From positions 4,032-68,031 of the forward strand of contig CAYJAY010000009.1 in NCBI GenBank assembly GCA_964368445.1: a DNA stretch of 64,000 bases, written 5' to 3'. The notes under the pieces are model-generated. The model was not told the DNA's origin. It was given only the letters and a program-made list of their open reading frames with translations, and did not search any database. The translations under genes were made by a program, and so were the position numbers. Origin of the DNA: an uncultured Oscillospiraceae bacterium. GTDB taxonomy: Bacteria > Bacillota > Clostridia > Oscillospirales > Ruminococcaceae. This document shows positions 18,249 through 30,825 of this stretch, one piece after another; position 1 is the stretch's first letter; every line of letters begins with the position of its first letter.

Positions 18249-19388
18249 ATGAGTATTATTAAATACGGCATGGTCGGCGGTCATATGAATGCGTTTATCG
18301 GCGAGGTTCACAGAAACTCAATCGGATTAAACCACGAAATACAGTTGGTTTCGGGGGCGTTTTCTAAAAATTCCGAGTTAAACAAACAAACCGCAGACAC
18401 ATATCACATCGAGCCACAAAGGGTGTATGACGACTACAAAGCAATGGCACAAGAGGAAAAAGGAAAGATTGACTTTGTTGCTATATGTACGCCAAACTTT
18501 ACACATTACGAGATAGCAAAAGCCTTTTTGGAAGCTGGTATAAACGTTGTTTGTGAAAAACCGCTTTGCTTTGAAGTTGAACAAGCTCTCGAGCTTGAAG
18601 CTCTTGCAAAACAAAAAGATCTTCTTTTCGGCGTAACCTACACATACACAGGGTATACAATGGTTAAAGTCGCAAAAGAGCTTATCGCAAAAGGCGAGAT
18701 TGGCAACGTTATCAATGTTAACGGAGAATATGCTCAAGAATGGCTTATTGATGAAGTCGGAAAAGATCAAAGCGACACAGCCAACCTTTCGGTTTGGAGA
18801 AAAGATCCGAAACAATCGGGAATTTCAAACTGTGTTGGCGACATCGGAACACATCTTGAAAACATGATTCACTATTTGACCGGCCTTGAAATCAAACGTG
18901 TTTCGGCAGTTTTAGATAACTTTGGCAACCCGCTTGACTTAAATGCTAACATGCTTGTCGAATACACAAACGGAGTTCACGGAAACTATTGGTCGAGCCA
19001 GGTAGCTTGTGGACATTTAAATGGACATAAATTCAGAATTTTTGGCGACAAAGGTGCGCTTGAATGGGATCAAGAACATCCCGACCAACTTAAATTCACC
19101 AAAAAAGGTTGCCCAACTCAAATTCTTGAAAGAGGCACAGGATACCTTGGGGTTGACGCGGCAAACTGCTCACGCATTCCGTTCGGACATCCGGAAGGGT
19201 TGCACGTTGCTTTTGCAAACATCTATAAAAATTATGCAAACGCACTGAGAAAGAAAAAAGCAGGACTAGCCTATGATAAATACGACCTCGATTTCCCGTC
19301 CGTTTCGGAAGGTGTTTCGGGCGTTAAGTTTATACATGCAGTAGTCGAAAGTTCTAAAAATGACGGTGCATGGGTTGAGATTAAATAA
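18249..19388 (+). CDS. Gfo/Idh/MocA family oxidoreductase
   Basis: N-terminal Rossmann fold IKYGMVGGH...FVAICTPNFTHYEIA...VVCEKP. Confidence 0.85.
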   Translation: MSIIKYGMVGGHMNAFIGEVHRNSIGLNHEIQLVSGAFSKNSELNKQTADTYHIEPQRVYDDYKAMAQEEKGKIDFVAICTPNFTHYEIAKAFLEAGINVVCEKPLCFEVEQALELEALAKQKDLLFGVTYTYTGYTMVKVAKELIAKGEIGNVINVNGEYAQEWLIDEVGKDQSDTANLSVWRKDPKQSGISNCVGDIGTHLENMIHYLTGLEIKRVSAVLDNFGNPLDLNANMLVEYTNGVHGNYWSSQVACGHLNGHKFRIFGDKGALEWDQEHPDQLKFTKKGCPTQILERGTGYLGVDAANCSRIPFGHPEGLHVAFANIYKNYANALRKKKAGLAYDKYDLDFPSVSEGVSGVKFIHAVVESSKNDGAWVEIK

Positions 19389-19463
19389 CCCGGTCGACCG
19401 ATTAATTCTTTGTAATTAAGTTTTAAAAAAACTTAATATAATAAAAAATAGGAGAAAAAAACA

Positions 19464-20552
19464 ATGAAAAAATTATTAGCAGTTCTATTAGCGCTAGTAT
19501 TGGCGTTCTCGCTCGTAGCTTGTTCGGCTCCGGCGACAACAGAACCCGAAGCAGAAGGCGACGAACAAGCTCCGGCAGAAAAACAAACCATCGCTATCTT
19601 GGCTCCCAACCCAACCCACGACTGGACAGGTTCGGTTGGTTTTGCAGCAGAAGCAAAAGCTGAAGAAATCAACGCAGCAGGCGTTTATGACGCAACAGTT
19701 TTAAGCAGCCCCGATTCGGCAACACAAATCAGCCAAATCGACGATATCGTTGCTAACAAACAATATGATGCAGTTGTAATCCTTCCTATGGATAACACAG
19801 TTGAAGCATCGCTTACAAACCTTGTTAACTCGGGAATCCCTGTAGTTCAATTCGACCGTTTGATAGCTTCGCTTGAAGACAGCGTTGTTGCAAACGTTAT
19901 GGGCGACAACAGTGCCATTGGTTACGAAACAGCTTTAAGATTTGTTGAAAACGGCCTTGAAAAAACAGACAAAATCTTGTTGCTACAAGGCGACCTTTCT
20001 TCGGTTCCCGGCATGAGAACAGACGGATTTAAATCTGGCCTTATGGACAGCGGTTGGACAGAAGAAGAAATCAACGCAGCTATTGTTGACCTTGGTTCAA
20101 CAGGTTGGCAAAGATCTGAAGGCGAAAGATTGTTCACAGACTGGTTGAACGGAGCTTCTGACGAAGATATCGCTTCTACAACTTGGGTTTTCACACATGA
20201 CGACCCCATAGCAATGGGTATCTTTGATGCTCTTTCCAAAACAGCTATTGAAGACGCGAAAAAAGACGCTTTCTTGGGATCAGAGCCGAGAATCAACCTT
20301 GCTTCGTCCGCTGGTGCTGCTGAAAACTACACAGTTCTTGCAGGAAACCACAAAGATCCGGCATACAACGAAATCTACACAAAACTTGCTGACTATTTCT
20401 CGGTTACATATTCTCCGTACATGATGGAAGACGCTATCCAAGTTATGGTTGACCACCTTGACGGAAAAGCTATCGAAAAAGTTACAGTTATCCCGGCAGA
20501 AGTAGTTGATGCATCTAACGTTGCAAACTTCACAGGATTTGGCGAAGAATAA
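19464..20552 (+). CDS. Sugar ABC transporter substrate-binding lipoprotein
   Basis: Lipobox LVAC, an acidic linker, and a type I periplasmic binding fold. Confidence 0.8.
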   Translation: MKKLLAVLLALVLAFSLVACSAPATTEPEAEGDEQAPAEKQTIAILAPNPTHDWTGSVGFAAEAKAEEINAAGVYDATVLSSPDSATQISQIDDIVANKQYDAVVILPMDNTVEASLTNLVNSGIPVVQFDRLIASLEDSVVANVMGDNSAIGYETALRFVENGLEKTDKILLLQGDLSSVPGMRTDGFKSGLMDSGWTEEEINAAIVDLGSTGWQRSEGERLFTDWLNGASDEDIASTTWVFTHDDPIAMGIFDALSKTAIEDAKKDAFLGSEPRINLASSAGAAENYTVLAGNHKDPAYNEIYTKLADYFSVTYSPYMMEDAIQVMVDHLDGKAIEKVTVIPAEVVDASNVANFTGFGEE

Positions 20553-20613
20553 TTAACAACAGCAAATATGTCAATGACATATAACACTTTTTTGAAGCAA
20601 TAAAATTAGCGAT

Positions 20614-20683
20614 GCTCCGAAAAATCTCTTGGAGACGCATTAAGCGACAAAAGCAACAAGAGTTTTTTCGGAGCAAATTTTTC
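20614..20683 (+). other. Intercistronic long hairpin with a trailing T-run between the SBP and ATPase genes
   Basis: gctccgaaaaa (20614-20624) pairs with tttttcggagc (20664-20674). It encloses a small tctc/gaga hairpin and is followed by aaattttt. Confidence 0.45.
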
Positions 20684-20817
20684 ACATGACTGCATTTCTG
20701 ATTAACACCGTTAAACGAGGGCGAATTGCAAAGAGCAACAGTCCCATGCTTTGCAACAAGGTGTGAATTAGATGTATTTTTTTACCCCTTAACTGCAATC
20801 AAGAGAGGAAAAGTAAT

Positions 20818-22320
20818 ATGAACATACTGGAGATGTCCAATATTTACAAAGCATTTTTTGGTGTCAGCGTTCTCAACGGTGTTGATTTTTCAGTTAAAAA
20901 AGGCGAAGTTCACGCCCTTCTTGGGGAAAACGGTGCCGGAAAATCAACGCTTATGAACATATTAGCGGCTGTTCATACAAGAGATAACGGCACGATTATG
21001 TTTGACGGACAAGAGATTCCGAACAATTCTACTATTCAATCGGTGGAAGGCAGAGGGGTTGCGTTTGTTCACCAAGAACTGAATTTGTTTAACGATTTAA
21101 AAGTGTATGAAAATATGTTTTTAACCAAAGAATTAACAAACAAGTTTGGTATGTTAGACAAAAAAACCATGATTGAACAATGTGAAAAGATTTTTCAAGA
21201 TCTTGGTGTCGATATAGACCCGAGAGAGACGGTTGATAATTTAGAAACAAGCAAAAAACAGCTTTTAGAGATAGCAAAAGCTCTTTTCAGTAAAGTTAAG
21301 CTGATTATACTTGATGAACCGACAACCTCACTTAACAATAGCGAGATTGAACTTCTGTTTAGCATTGTTAATGATTTGAAGAAAAAAGATGTTTCGTTTA
21401 TATTTATATCTCATAAAATGACCGAGATATTCAGCCTGTCCGATCGCTACAGTGTGTTGCGCAACGGTGACCTTGTGGGAGTGGGCGAGATTAAAGACAT
21501 AACCCCTGAAGAGATAACCAAACTGATGGTTGGTGAATCGTTCACAGAGGGCGAGTCGTACATAAAAAGAGAACTTGGCGAAACTGTGCTTGAGGTTAAA
21601 AACCTCACGGCAAAAGGTTTTAGAAATATTAATTTGACGGTTAAACGCGGCGAGATTATAGGCCTTACGGGTCTTAAAGGAGCCGGTGTTAGCAGTTTTC
21701 TAAAATGTTTATTTGGAAACAATCGAGTTGTGACAGGAACGATAGAAATTAACGGCAAACAGGTTAAGCTTGACGAGATAAAACAAGCTATGGGCGCCGG
21801 AATAGCTATGGTTGCGGCAAACCGTAAAGAAAACAGCATTATTCCGGATTTTACATTATTAGAAAACACATATATAGCAGAACAGGTTCTTTCTGCAAAA
21901 AAACAACTTATCTCAAAAAAGAATGAGATAGAAAAGTATAATAATTATAAAACTATGCTTTCGATTAAAGCAAACAGCCACGAAGACTTGATAACAAGTC
22001 TTTCGGGCGGAAACCAACAAAAGGTTATCCTTGGCAGGTGGCTTAACACACAAGCGGATATTTTGCTTCTTGACAACCCGACGCAAGGCATTGATGTTGG
22101 CGCAAAAGCAGAGATATATAAACTCATTTTAAAGTTGTCCGAGCAAGGCAAAACGGTGCTTGTAAACACTTTAGAGATTGCAGAGATTACTCAAATAGCG
22201 GATAGATGTGCTGTTTTTTATCAAGGTGAGATCAAGGTTATTCTTGACAGAAAAGACATTACCGAACAACAAGTTATGCTGTATGCGACCAACGCAATAG
22301 CGATTAGTGGGGGTAGATAA
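20818..22320 (+). CDS. Sugar ABC transporter ATP-binding protein (duplicated ABC domains, MglA/RbsA type)
   Basis: Walker A GENGAGKST, signature LSGGNQQK, 500 aa. Confidence 0.9.
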   Translation: MNILEMSNIYKAFFGVSVLNGVDFSVKKGEVHALLGENGAGKSTLMNILAAVHTRDNGTIMFDGQEIPNNSTIQSVEGRGVAFVHQELNLFNDLKVYENMFLTKELTNKFGMLDKKTMIEQCEKIFQDLGVDIDPRETVDNLETSKKQLLEIAKALFSKVKLIILDEPTTSLNNSEIELLFSIVNDLKKKDVSFIFISHKMTEIFSLSDRYSVLRNGDLVGVGEIKDITPEEITKLMVGESFTEGESYIKRELGETVLEVKNLTAKGFRNINLTVKRGEIIGLTGLKGAGVSSFLKCLFGNNRVVTGTIEINGKQVKLDEIKQAMGAGIAMVAANRKENSIIPDFTLLENTYIAEQVLSAKKQLISKKNEIEKYNNYKTMLSIKANSHEDLITSLSGGNQQKVILGRWLNTQADILLLDNPTQGIDVGAKAEIYKLILKLSEQGKTVLVNTLEIAEITQIADRCAVFYQGEIKVILDRKDITEQQVMLYATNAIAISGGR

Positions 22321-22324
22321 TAAT

Positions 22325-23413
22325 ATGAATGCACAAAAAAACACAAACGTTGAAAAAAATTTAGACTTCAATAGTTTTAGCAAAAAAGCCGGAAGAATAG
22401 TTTCGGATTACAACTTTGTAATTATATGCTTGGCTATATTGGTGGCGTATCTAATAACCGCCGCCGGTGGAATAACATATGCAGGTGTTATGAACATCTT
22501 TAGACATTCTGCCGTGGTTGGCGTTATGGCGCTTGGCATGGGCATTGTTATCATAACAAAAGGTATCGACCTTTCGGTTGGAAGTATGCTGTCGCTGGTT
22601 GGCATTGTTTCTGTTTTGGCGTTTAATGCAACGGGCAGTATAATTTTGACGTTGTTAACCTGCCTTTTATGCGGAGCGGCTTGTGGGCTTGTTAACGGAG
22701 TTTTAATCGGAAAAGCAAAACTTCCGCCTTTTATCGTAACTTTGGCAACGATGCTTATATTCCGTTCGATGGCGCAATATACCTGTCGTGTTGTTTCGGG
22801 CACAAACCAAATAAGCTTGGACCATGCCCAAGAAGCGAGAGCGACACTGTTTAATTTCGGCAACTCGTTTTTGTTTACGATACCGATGTCGGGCATTGTG
22901 TTTGTGCTTGTTACGATTATAATGGTTATAGTAACAACCAAAACAAAGTTCGGAAAGTTAATCTATGCTGTTGGTTCAAACGAAAAAGCGGCACTCCTTG
23001 CCGGTATTAATGTAGATTTGGTTACCGTTTCGATGTATCTCATCACGGGCGTGTTGGTGGGTATCTCGGCGTTTTTATGGATAGCGATGAACGCCGCGGT
23101 TGACCCCGCAACGCTTGGAAGCTCGAACGAGATGTATGCAATTGCTGCCGTTGTCATTGGCGGAATTTCGATGAGTGGCGGAAAAGGCAAAATTTTGGGC
23201 GTTTTGTTTGGCGCGATGTCTTATTCTATAATCGACAAAATTATAACCTCTCTCGGAATGGACACACTGATTAACAACACGATAAAAGGAATAATCTTGT
23301 TGCTTGCTATCTCGGTTCAAATAACGATTCCGATGATTAAGAATAAAATTGAAACCAACAAGAGAAGAAAAGAAATTGCAGAACTTGCGATGTCCGGACT
23401 TAAAAACGCATAG
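22325..23413 (+). CDS. Sugar ABC transporter permease (RbsC/branched family)
   Basis: Polytopic membrane protein. The ATG at 22325 follows a ggggg RBS, and the ORF-track GTG at 22307 overlaps the ATPase gene. Confidence 0.85.
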   Translation: MNAQKNTNVEKNLDFNSFSKKAGRIVSDYNFVIICLAILVAYLITAAGGITYAGVMNIFRHSAVVGVMALGMGIVIITKGIDLSVGSMLSLVGIVSVLAFNATGSIILTLLTCLLCGAACGLVNGVLIGKAKLPPFIVTLATMLIFRSMAQYTCRVVSGTNQISLDHAQEARATLFNFGNSFLFTIPMSGIVFVLVTIIMVIVTTKTKFGKLIYAVGSNEKAALLAGINVDLVTVSMYLITGVLVGISAFLWIAMNAAVDPATLGSSNEMYAIAAVVIGGISMSGGKGKILGVLFGAMSYSIIDKIITSLGMDTLINNTIKGIILLLAISVQITIPMIKNKIETNKRRKEIAELAMSGLKNA

Positions 23414-23467
23414 ATATAAACATCAATCTGTGACAACTATAAAGGTTAAAAATTCAATGTTTTTTAA

Positions 23468-23501
23468 GCAATCGCCAACTTTATGTTGGTGGTTGCTTTT
23501 T
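23468..23501 (+). terminator. Rho-independent terminator after the ABC operon
   Basis: gcaatcgccaac pairs with gttggtggttgc (two G-U pairs), followed by TTTTT. Confidence 0.6.
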
Positions 23502-23722
23502 GCGTGCTACGGAATAAATTGGGTGGGCTATACATTTCTCTTTACTGATTTAAAGCTTTACTCTGTTAAAAAGTGCATAAAACAAACATGGTTGATTTTA
23601 AAAAAAATAGTAGGATATACAATTTTTTTGAAATCAGTGAATTTATGGTGTTTTTCATTTGTTTTTATTTAATAAATACACTATAATAACATACAAAACT
23701 ATAAAAATACTGTGAGGTTTAA

Positions 23723-25078
<1,356 letters not shown>

Positions 25079-25098
25079 GAAAAATAAAATATCAATTA

Positions 25099-25130
25099 AA
25101 AAGACAATCGTTTTTCGGTTGTCTTTTTTG
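25099..25130 (+). terminator. Rho-independent terminator after gdhA
   Basis: agacaatcg-ttttt-cggttgtct followed by TTTTTT. Confidence 0.65.
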
Positions 25131-25251
25131 CGAAAAAACACCTAAATAGTTATATAAAAAGCTACCACTTTTTTGTTATCTATGTTAAAATAAATTACAT
25201 ATAAGTTTGTTTTCGTAGTTGAATCAAATTAATAATTATAGGAGCTTTATA

Positions 25252-26640
25252 ATGAACAGAACAGCTATTTTTGAACTATATAAAAACACAGGTCTAAAGG
25301 ACGGCGACACGGTAACGGTTGGCGGTTGGGTTAAAACGGCAAGAGAACAAAAAACTTTAGGATTTCTTGAACTTAACGACGGAAGCTCGTTTAAAAATAT
25401 CCAGATAGTTTTGGAACAAACTAAGGTCGAAAACTTTAAAGAAGCGGCTAATGCTTCGGTTGGAAGCTCTGTTTTGGTAACGGGACAGGTAGTTTTAACC
25501 CCAAACGCAAAACAGCCGTTTGAGATAAACGCTCAAATCGCCAAGATTATGGGGGGCTGCGACAGCGATTATCCACTACAAAAGAAAAAACATTCGCTTG
25601 AATTTTTGCGCACAATTCCTCATTTAAGGTGTCGATCAAACACGTTTAACGCCGTGTTTAGAATTAGAAGCGAAACAGCTTTTGCAATACACAGCTTTTT
25701 CAATCAAAACGGTTTTTTATATGTCCATACCCCTATAATAACGGGAAGCGATTGTGAGGGAGCTGGCGCGATGTTTAAAGTGTCGACGCTTGATGCAAAA
25801 AATCCTCCGCTTGATGACCAAAAAAATATCGATTATTCTAAAGATTTTTTTGGCAGAGAAACAAGCCTAACCGTTTCGGGGCAACTTGAAGCCGAGGGAA
25901 TGGCGATAGGTCTTTCTAACGTATACACGTTTGGACCAACGTTTCGGGCGGAAAACTCCAACACCCCTCGCCACGCCGCAGAGTTTTGGATGGTGGAACC
26001 CGAGATGGCGTTTGCCGACATAAACGACAACATGGATGTCGGCGAAAGCATGATTAAATATGTTATATCACATCTTTTGGAAAAATGCCCCGACGAGCTC
26101 AACTTTTTCAATAGTTTTTACGATAAAGGGTTAATCGAACGTTTGACAAAATTAAAAGACAGCGAGTTTGGAAGAATAAGTTACACCGAAGCTATCGAAC
26201 AGCTTATGAAACATAACGACGAATTTGAATATAAAGTAAGTTGGGGAGTGGACCTTCAAACGGAACATGAAAGGTATTTAACAGAAAAGATATACGGAAA
26301 ACCGCTTTTTGTTATTAACTACCCGAAAGAGATAAAATCTTTTTATATGCGCTTAAACGAGGACGGAAAAACCGTTGCGGCTATGGATATGCTTGTACCC
26401 AGCGTTGGAGAGCTTATAGGCGGAAGCCAGCGTGAAGAAAGATACCAGAACCTTGTTGCAAGGATTGAAGAGATGGGGCTTGAAAAACGGGATTATGAAT
26501 GGTATCTTGATTTAAGAAGATACGGCTCGGTTTATCATAGCGGTTTTGGCTTGGGGTTTGAGAGGCTTCTTATGTATGTAACAGGGATATCGAATATAAG
26601 AGATGTTACGCTATACCCAAGGACGGCAGGCGGGTTTTAG
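25252..26640 (+). CDS. asnS: Asparagine--tRNA ligase
   Basis: OB-fold N-terminus [24 protein letters not shown] and class II core ([38 protein letters not shown]). The ATG follows an aggag RBS. Confidence 0.9.
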   Translation: MNRTAIFELYKNTGLKDGDTVTVGGWVKTAREQKTLGFLELNDGSSFKNIQIVLEQTKVENFKEAANASVGSSVLVTGQVVLTPNAKQPFEINAQIAKIMGGCDSDYPLQKKKHSLEFLRTIPHLRCRSNTFNAVFRIRSETAFAIHSFFNQNGFLYVHTPIITGSDCEGAGAMFKVSTLDAKNPPLDDQKNIDYSKDFFGRETSLTVSGQLEAEGMAIGLSNVYTFGPTFRAENSNTPRHAAEFWMVEPEMAFADINDNMDVGESMIKYVISHLLEKCPDELNFFNSFYDKGLIERLTKLKDSEFGRISYTEAIEQLMKHNDEFEYKVSWGVDLQTEHERYLTEKIYGKPLFVINYPKEIKSFYMRLNEDGKTVAAMDMLVPSVGELIGGSQREERYQNLVARIEEMGLEKRDYEWYLDLRRYGSVYHSGFGLGFERLLMYVTGISNIRDVTLYPRTAGGF

Positions 26641-26686
26641 GGGTTGGAATCCAATTAAATGCGAATTAAGATTCGCGCCATTTTCC

Positions 26687-26715
26687 TTGACAAAAATCCA
26701 AAATACCTGTACTAT
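26687..26715 (+). promoter_or_regulatory. Candidate sigma-A promoter for the glutamine synthetase gene
   Basis: TTGACA (26687-26692), 17-nt spacer, TACTAT (26710-26715). Confidence 0.4.
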
Positions 26716-26769
26716 TCAATCTATATGTAATATAGTATTTATAAGAAATAATTTTTTTAGGGGTGTTAT

Positions 26770-28854
26770 ATGAATCTTCCCGAAATATTCGGAAACATGG
26801 TTTTTAACGACAAGGCGATGAAACAATGGTTGCCAAACGAAACCTACAAATCGCTTAAAGAAACTATTGCAAGCGGAAAAGAACTTGATATAGCCATTGC
26901 AAAGGTTGTCGCCAACGCCATGAAAGAGTGGGCAATCGAAAAGGGAGCAACACATTATACACATTGGTTTCAGCCGATGAACGGTGTAACCGCCGAAAAA
27001 CACGACAGTTTTATTCGTCAAGGAGAAGAAGACGGAATTATAATGGACTTTTCCGGTAAAGAGCTTATTAAAGGCGAACCGGATGCATCGAGTTTTCCGT
27101 CGGGAGGTCTTCGAGTAACGTTTGAAGCAAGGGGATACACCGCGTGGGATCCCACATCATATGCATTTATAAAGGACAACACGCTTTGTATACCGACGGC
27201 GTTTTGTTCCTATTCGGGTTATGCGCTAGACATGAAAACTCCGCTTTTGCGTTCTATCGAAGCGTTTGAAAAACAAGCAGGACGTGTTTTGAAGTTTTTC
27301 GGCGACGGAACAGACCGGGCAACCTCGACGGTTGGTGCGGAACAAGAATATTTCTTAATAGATAAAAGGGTGTTTTTAAAACGACCCGATTTAATCCATT
27401 GTGGTAGAACTCTTTTTGGAGCAAAACCCCCAAAAGGTCAGGAACTCGACGACCATTATTTTGGAGCAATTAAACCGCGAGTGTTAGATTTTATGAAACA
27501 ACTCGACGAAGAACTTTGGAAACTTGGGGTTCTTGCTAAAACGGAACACAACGAAGCCGCCCCCGCCCAGCACGAACTAGCACCAATCTTCACAACATGC
27601 AACACTGCGTCGGATCATAACTATCTCACGATGGAGATGATGAAGATGATAGCCGAGCGAAACGGCCTTGCGTGCTTATTACATGAAAAACCGTTTGCCG
27701 GAGTAAACGGAAGCGGAAAACATAACAACTGGTCGATAACGACAGACAAAGGCGAAAACATCCTAGCGCCCGGCAAAACCCCATCTCAAAATACAAGGTT
27801 TATGTTGTTTTTAGTTGCCGTTATAAAAGCGGTTGACGACTATCAAGACCTTTTGCGTTTTTCGATAGCAAGTGCCGGAAACGACCATCGTCTCGGCGCG
27901 GCAGAAGCGCCTCCTGCAATTGTATCGATGTTTTTAGGGGACGAACTAACCTCCATTATAGAACATGTTGCGAACGACGAACAGCACGAAGATTGGACAA
28001 AATCCAAACTTTTAACCGGCGCAAAAGTGCTTCCGGATCTTTCAAAGGACACGACCGACCGAAACAGAACGTCGCCGTTTGCTTTCACAGGAAACAAATT
28101 CGAATTCAGGATGCTAGGATCTGCGACGTCGGTTGCGGGCTCTAACATAATTATAAACACAATTGTAGCCGAGTCGCTCAGGCAGTTTGCGGACTATCTC
28201 GAAAAAGTAGAGGATGTTGAAACCGCGATAAACGAGATTATTTCGACCGCAATTAAGATGCACAAAAGAATAATATTTAATGGCAACAACTACAGTAACG
28301 AATGGGTTGACGAAGCAAAGAAAAGAGGGCTTTGTAACCTTAAAACGACGGTAGATGCGGCGCTTAGTTTCCCGACAAAAAGGAATATTGACCTTTTTAG
28401 AATACATGGCGTATATTCCGAGATGGAGGTTCGCTCTCAATTTGAGATTAAACTCGAGAGCTATTCCAAAACAATAATGATAGAAGCGCTAACCATGATC
28501 GATATGGTTAAAAAAGGAGTTATACCAAGCGTTCTCGAATATCAAACATCGCTGGCAACATCTGCGAATCTTAAGCATTCAGTTAACGGAAACTTATCTA
28601 CCGTTATGGAAGACGGTTTGCTTTCAAAGATTTCGGACAAAAGCGAAGAAATTTGGGTTAAACTTGAAAAGCTTGAACAAGCGGTTTTAAAGGACAGAAA
28701 ATTTATAAACGCTCTTCAAGAAGCTGAATATCACAAAGATGTTATTTTAACCGGAATGGATTCGTTAAGGGAAACTATCGATATTGTAGAATCAGAGATA
28801 GGAAAAAGATTTTGGGAATACCCAACATATTCCGAAATGTTATACAGTGTATAA
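26770..28854 (+). CDS. glnA: Glutamine synthetase, type III
   Basis: 694 aa. N-terminus ...[21 protein letters not shown] and central [10 protein letters not shown] are as in GSIII (Bacteroides/Ruminococcus type). Confidence 0.9.
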   Translation: MNLPEIFGNMVFNDKAMKQWLPNETYKSLKETIASGKELDIAIAKVVANAMKEWAIEKGATHYTHWFQPMNGVTAEKHDSFIRQGEEDGIIMDFSGKELIKGEPDASSFPSGGLRVTFEARGYTAWDPTSYAFIKDNTLCIPTAFCSYSGYALDMKTPLLRSIEAFEKQAGRVLKFFGDGTDRATSTVGAEQEYFLIDKRVFLKRPDLIHCGRTLFGAKPPKGQELDDHYFGAIKPRVLDFMKQLDEELWKLGVLAKTEHNEAAPAQHELAPIFTTCNTASDHNYLTMEMMKMIAERNGLACLLHEKPFAGVNGSGKHNNWSITTDKGENILAPGKTPSQNTRFMLFLVAVIKAVDDYQDLLRFSIASAGNDHRLGAAEAPPAIVSMFLGDELTSIIEHVANDEQHEDWTKSKLLTGAKVLPDLSKDTTDRNRTSPFAFTGNKFEFRMLGSATSVAGSNIIINTIVAESLRQFADYLEKVEDVETAINEIISTAIKMHKRIIFNGNNYSNEWVDEAKKRGLCNLKTTVDAALSFPTKRNIDLFRIHGVYSEMEVRSQFEIKLESYSKTIMIEALTMIDMVKKGVIPSVLEYQTSLATSANLKHSVNGNLSTVMEDGLLSKISDKSEEIWVKLEKLEQAVLKDRKFINALQEAEYHKDVILTGMDSLRETIDIVESEIGKRFWEYPTYSEMLYSV

Positions 28855-28916
28855 AACCAAACTCACCAAAACTTTACTTGCATGTTTAAATTATCATAAA
28901 TAAGGAGGAAAATAAT

Positions 28917-30749
28917 ATGTGTGGAATAGTCGGATATATTGGAGAACAACAAGCTGTGCCCGTTTTGTTTGAGGGGCTTAACAAACTTGAGTATAGGGGT
29001 TATGACAGTTCGGGAATTGCAATTTTAAATAAAGATAATAAAATCACAGTGAAAAAGCGCAAAGGTCGCCTTAATATCCTTGAAAAGGAACTTTCGGGCA
29101 AACATCCCGAGGGAGTTGTCGGAATTGGGCACACACGTTGGGCAACCCACGGCGCGCCGGCCGATGTTAACGCCCATCCCCATGCAAATTCAAGGGGCGA
29201 CATCGTTGTTGCACACAACGGCATTATTGAAAATTATATTAAAATTAAGGAATGGCTAAGTTCAAAAGGTTATTCTTTCAAATCACAAACCGACACAGAG
29301 CTTATCGCTCACCTAATTGATTATTATTACAAAGGCGAAACAACACTTCTAGACGCGGTTCAAAGCACAATTAGACACCTAGTGGGTTCATATGCGCTAC
29401 TTATAATGTCAGCCAACAACCCCGAACAACTTATTGTGGTTAAAAAAGATAGTCCGCTTATTATCGGCATAGGCCAAGGCGAAAACTTCATAGCGTCTGA
29501 CGCTGCGGCGCTGCTTAAATATACCAGAGACGTATACTATCTTGAAGATGGCGAGATAGCTATTGTCACAAAAGATTCTATCGACATAATGGACAGCTAT
29601 GGAATTCCGGTTTTTCGTGATATTTTTCATATAACGTGGGACATTGAAGCGGCCGAAAAGGGCGGATACCCCCACTATATGCTCAAAGAAATTAATGAAC
29701 AACCAAAGGCGTTGAGGGACACTTTAAACGCAAGGCTTACAGAAAAAGGATTTGATTTTTCCGACCTTAAATTGTCGGAAGACTACATTAAGAGTTTTTC
29801 AAGAATAGTTATAATTGCATGTGGCACGGCTTATAACGCCGGTATTGTTGCAAAATATATGTATGAAAAGATGCTTTCGGTTCCGGTTGAAATCGATGTT
29901 GCGTCGGAATATCGTTACCGTGAACCTGTTATTAGCAATAATGACCTTGCGATTGTCGTAAGCCAATCGGGAGAAACACTGGACACAATTGCCGCTATGA
30001 GAATGGCAAAAGCAAAGGGTGCAACGATAGTTGCAATAACAAACGTTATAGGAAGCGTTATAAGTAGAGAAGCCGATGCGGTTATGTATACCGTTGCGGG
30101 TCCCGAAATAGCGGTAGCTTCGACCAAAGCATATACAACCCAGCTTATGTGTCTTTCGATGTTTGGTGTGTGGCTCGGAGAGATGCGGTCGTCGCTTTCA
30201 AAAGAAAAAGTACAAAGCTATATTAAAGATCTTAAAAAGATACCTGATATTGCATCCGAAACGTTCCAATCGGAAGAAAAACTCATGAGAACAGCAAGCC
30301 TTTTCAGCTCTCGTGAGGATGTCTACTTCCTAGGTCGAAACATCGACAGCGCAATTGCAATGGAAAGCAGCCTTAAACTTAAAGAGATATCATATATCCA
30401 TTCTGAATCTTTCCCGGCAGGCGAGCTTAAACACGGGCCAATTGCATTGATTGAAGAGGGAACGCTTGTCGTTGTAATCGGAACCCAAAGTAAGCTGTAC
30501 GAAAAAACCGCGTCTAACATAAAAGAAGTAAAAGCTAGGGGCGCATATGTGCTTGGCGTTTGTTCCGAAGGGGAAACCCTTATCTCGGACATATGCGACG
30601 AGACAATCTTTATCCCAAAAGTAAATGACGATCTTATGGCGATACCTGCAGTTATTCCTATGCAGTTGTTCTCGTACTATTGTGCTGTTGAACGAGGCCT
30701 TGACGTGGATAAACCTCGAAATCTTGCGAAGAGCGTGACGGTTGAATAG
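28917..30749 (+). CDS. glmS: Glutamine--fructose-6-phosphate aminotransferase (isomerizing)
   Basis: Starts MCGIVGYIG, has two SIS domains and ends in C-terminal ...KSVTVE. Confidence 0.95.
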   Translation: MCGIVGYIGEQQAVPVLFEGLNKLEYRGYDSSGIAILNKDNKITVKKRKGRLNILEKELSGKHPEGVVGIGHTRWATHGAPADVNAHPHANSRGDIVVAHNGIIENYIKIKEWLSSKGYSFKSQTDTELIAHLIDYYYKGETTLLDAVQSTIRHLVGSYALLIMSANNPEQLIVVKKDSPLIIGIGQGENFIASDAAALLKYTRDVYYLEDGEIAIVTKDSIDIMDSYGIPVFRDIFHITWDIEAAEKGGYPHYMLKEINEQPKALRDTLNARLTEKGFDFSDLKLSEDYIKSFSRIVIIACGTAYNAGIVAKYMYEKMLSVPVEIDVASEYRYREPVISNNDLAIVVSQSGETLDTIAAMRMAKAKGATIVAITNVIGSVISREADAVMYTVAGPEIAVASTKAYTTQLMCLSMFGVWLGEMRSSLSKEKVQSYIKDLKKIPDIASETFQSEEKLMRTASLFSSREDVYFLGRNIDSAIAMESSLKLKEISYIHSESFPAGELKHGPIALIEEGTLVVVIGTQSKLYEKTASNIKEVKARGAYVLGVCSEGETLISDICDETIFIPKVNDDLMAIPAVIPMQLFSYYCAVERGLDVDKPRNLAKSVTVE

Positions 30750-30760
30750 TTTTTTTTAAT

Positions 30761-30825
30761 GAGGAATTAGGAATTAGGAATGTTGGTGTCGCCGTAGGCG
30801 ACGAATAAAATGGGGCTACGCCCCA
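30761..30825 (+). repeat. Intergenic repeat copy A: three (G/T)AGGAAT heptamers plus two GC mini-hairpins
   Basis: gaggaat-taggaat-taggaat (30761-30781), then gtcgcc-gta-ggcgac (30788-30802) and ggggc-tac-gcccc (30812-30824). It begins 12 nt after the glmS stop. Confidence 0.7.

Noticed and set aside
23349-23672. 107-aa ORF overlapping the end of the permease gene
   Set aside because: It spans the operon terminator (23468-23501), has no RBS, and its Trp/Phe/Cys-rich sequence looks non-biological.
28855-28916. glmS ribozyme upstream of glmS
   Set aside because: The spacer is only 62 nt and shows none of the ribozyme core, so it is too short for the roughly 170-nt element.
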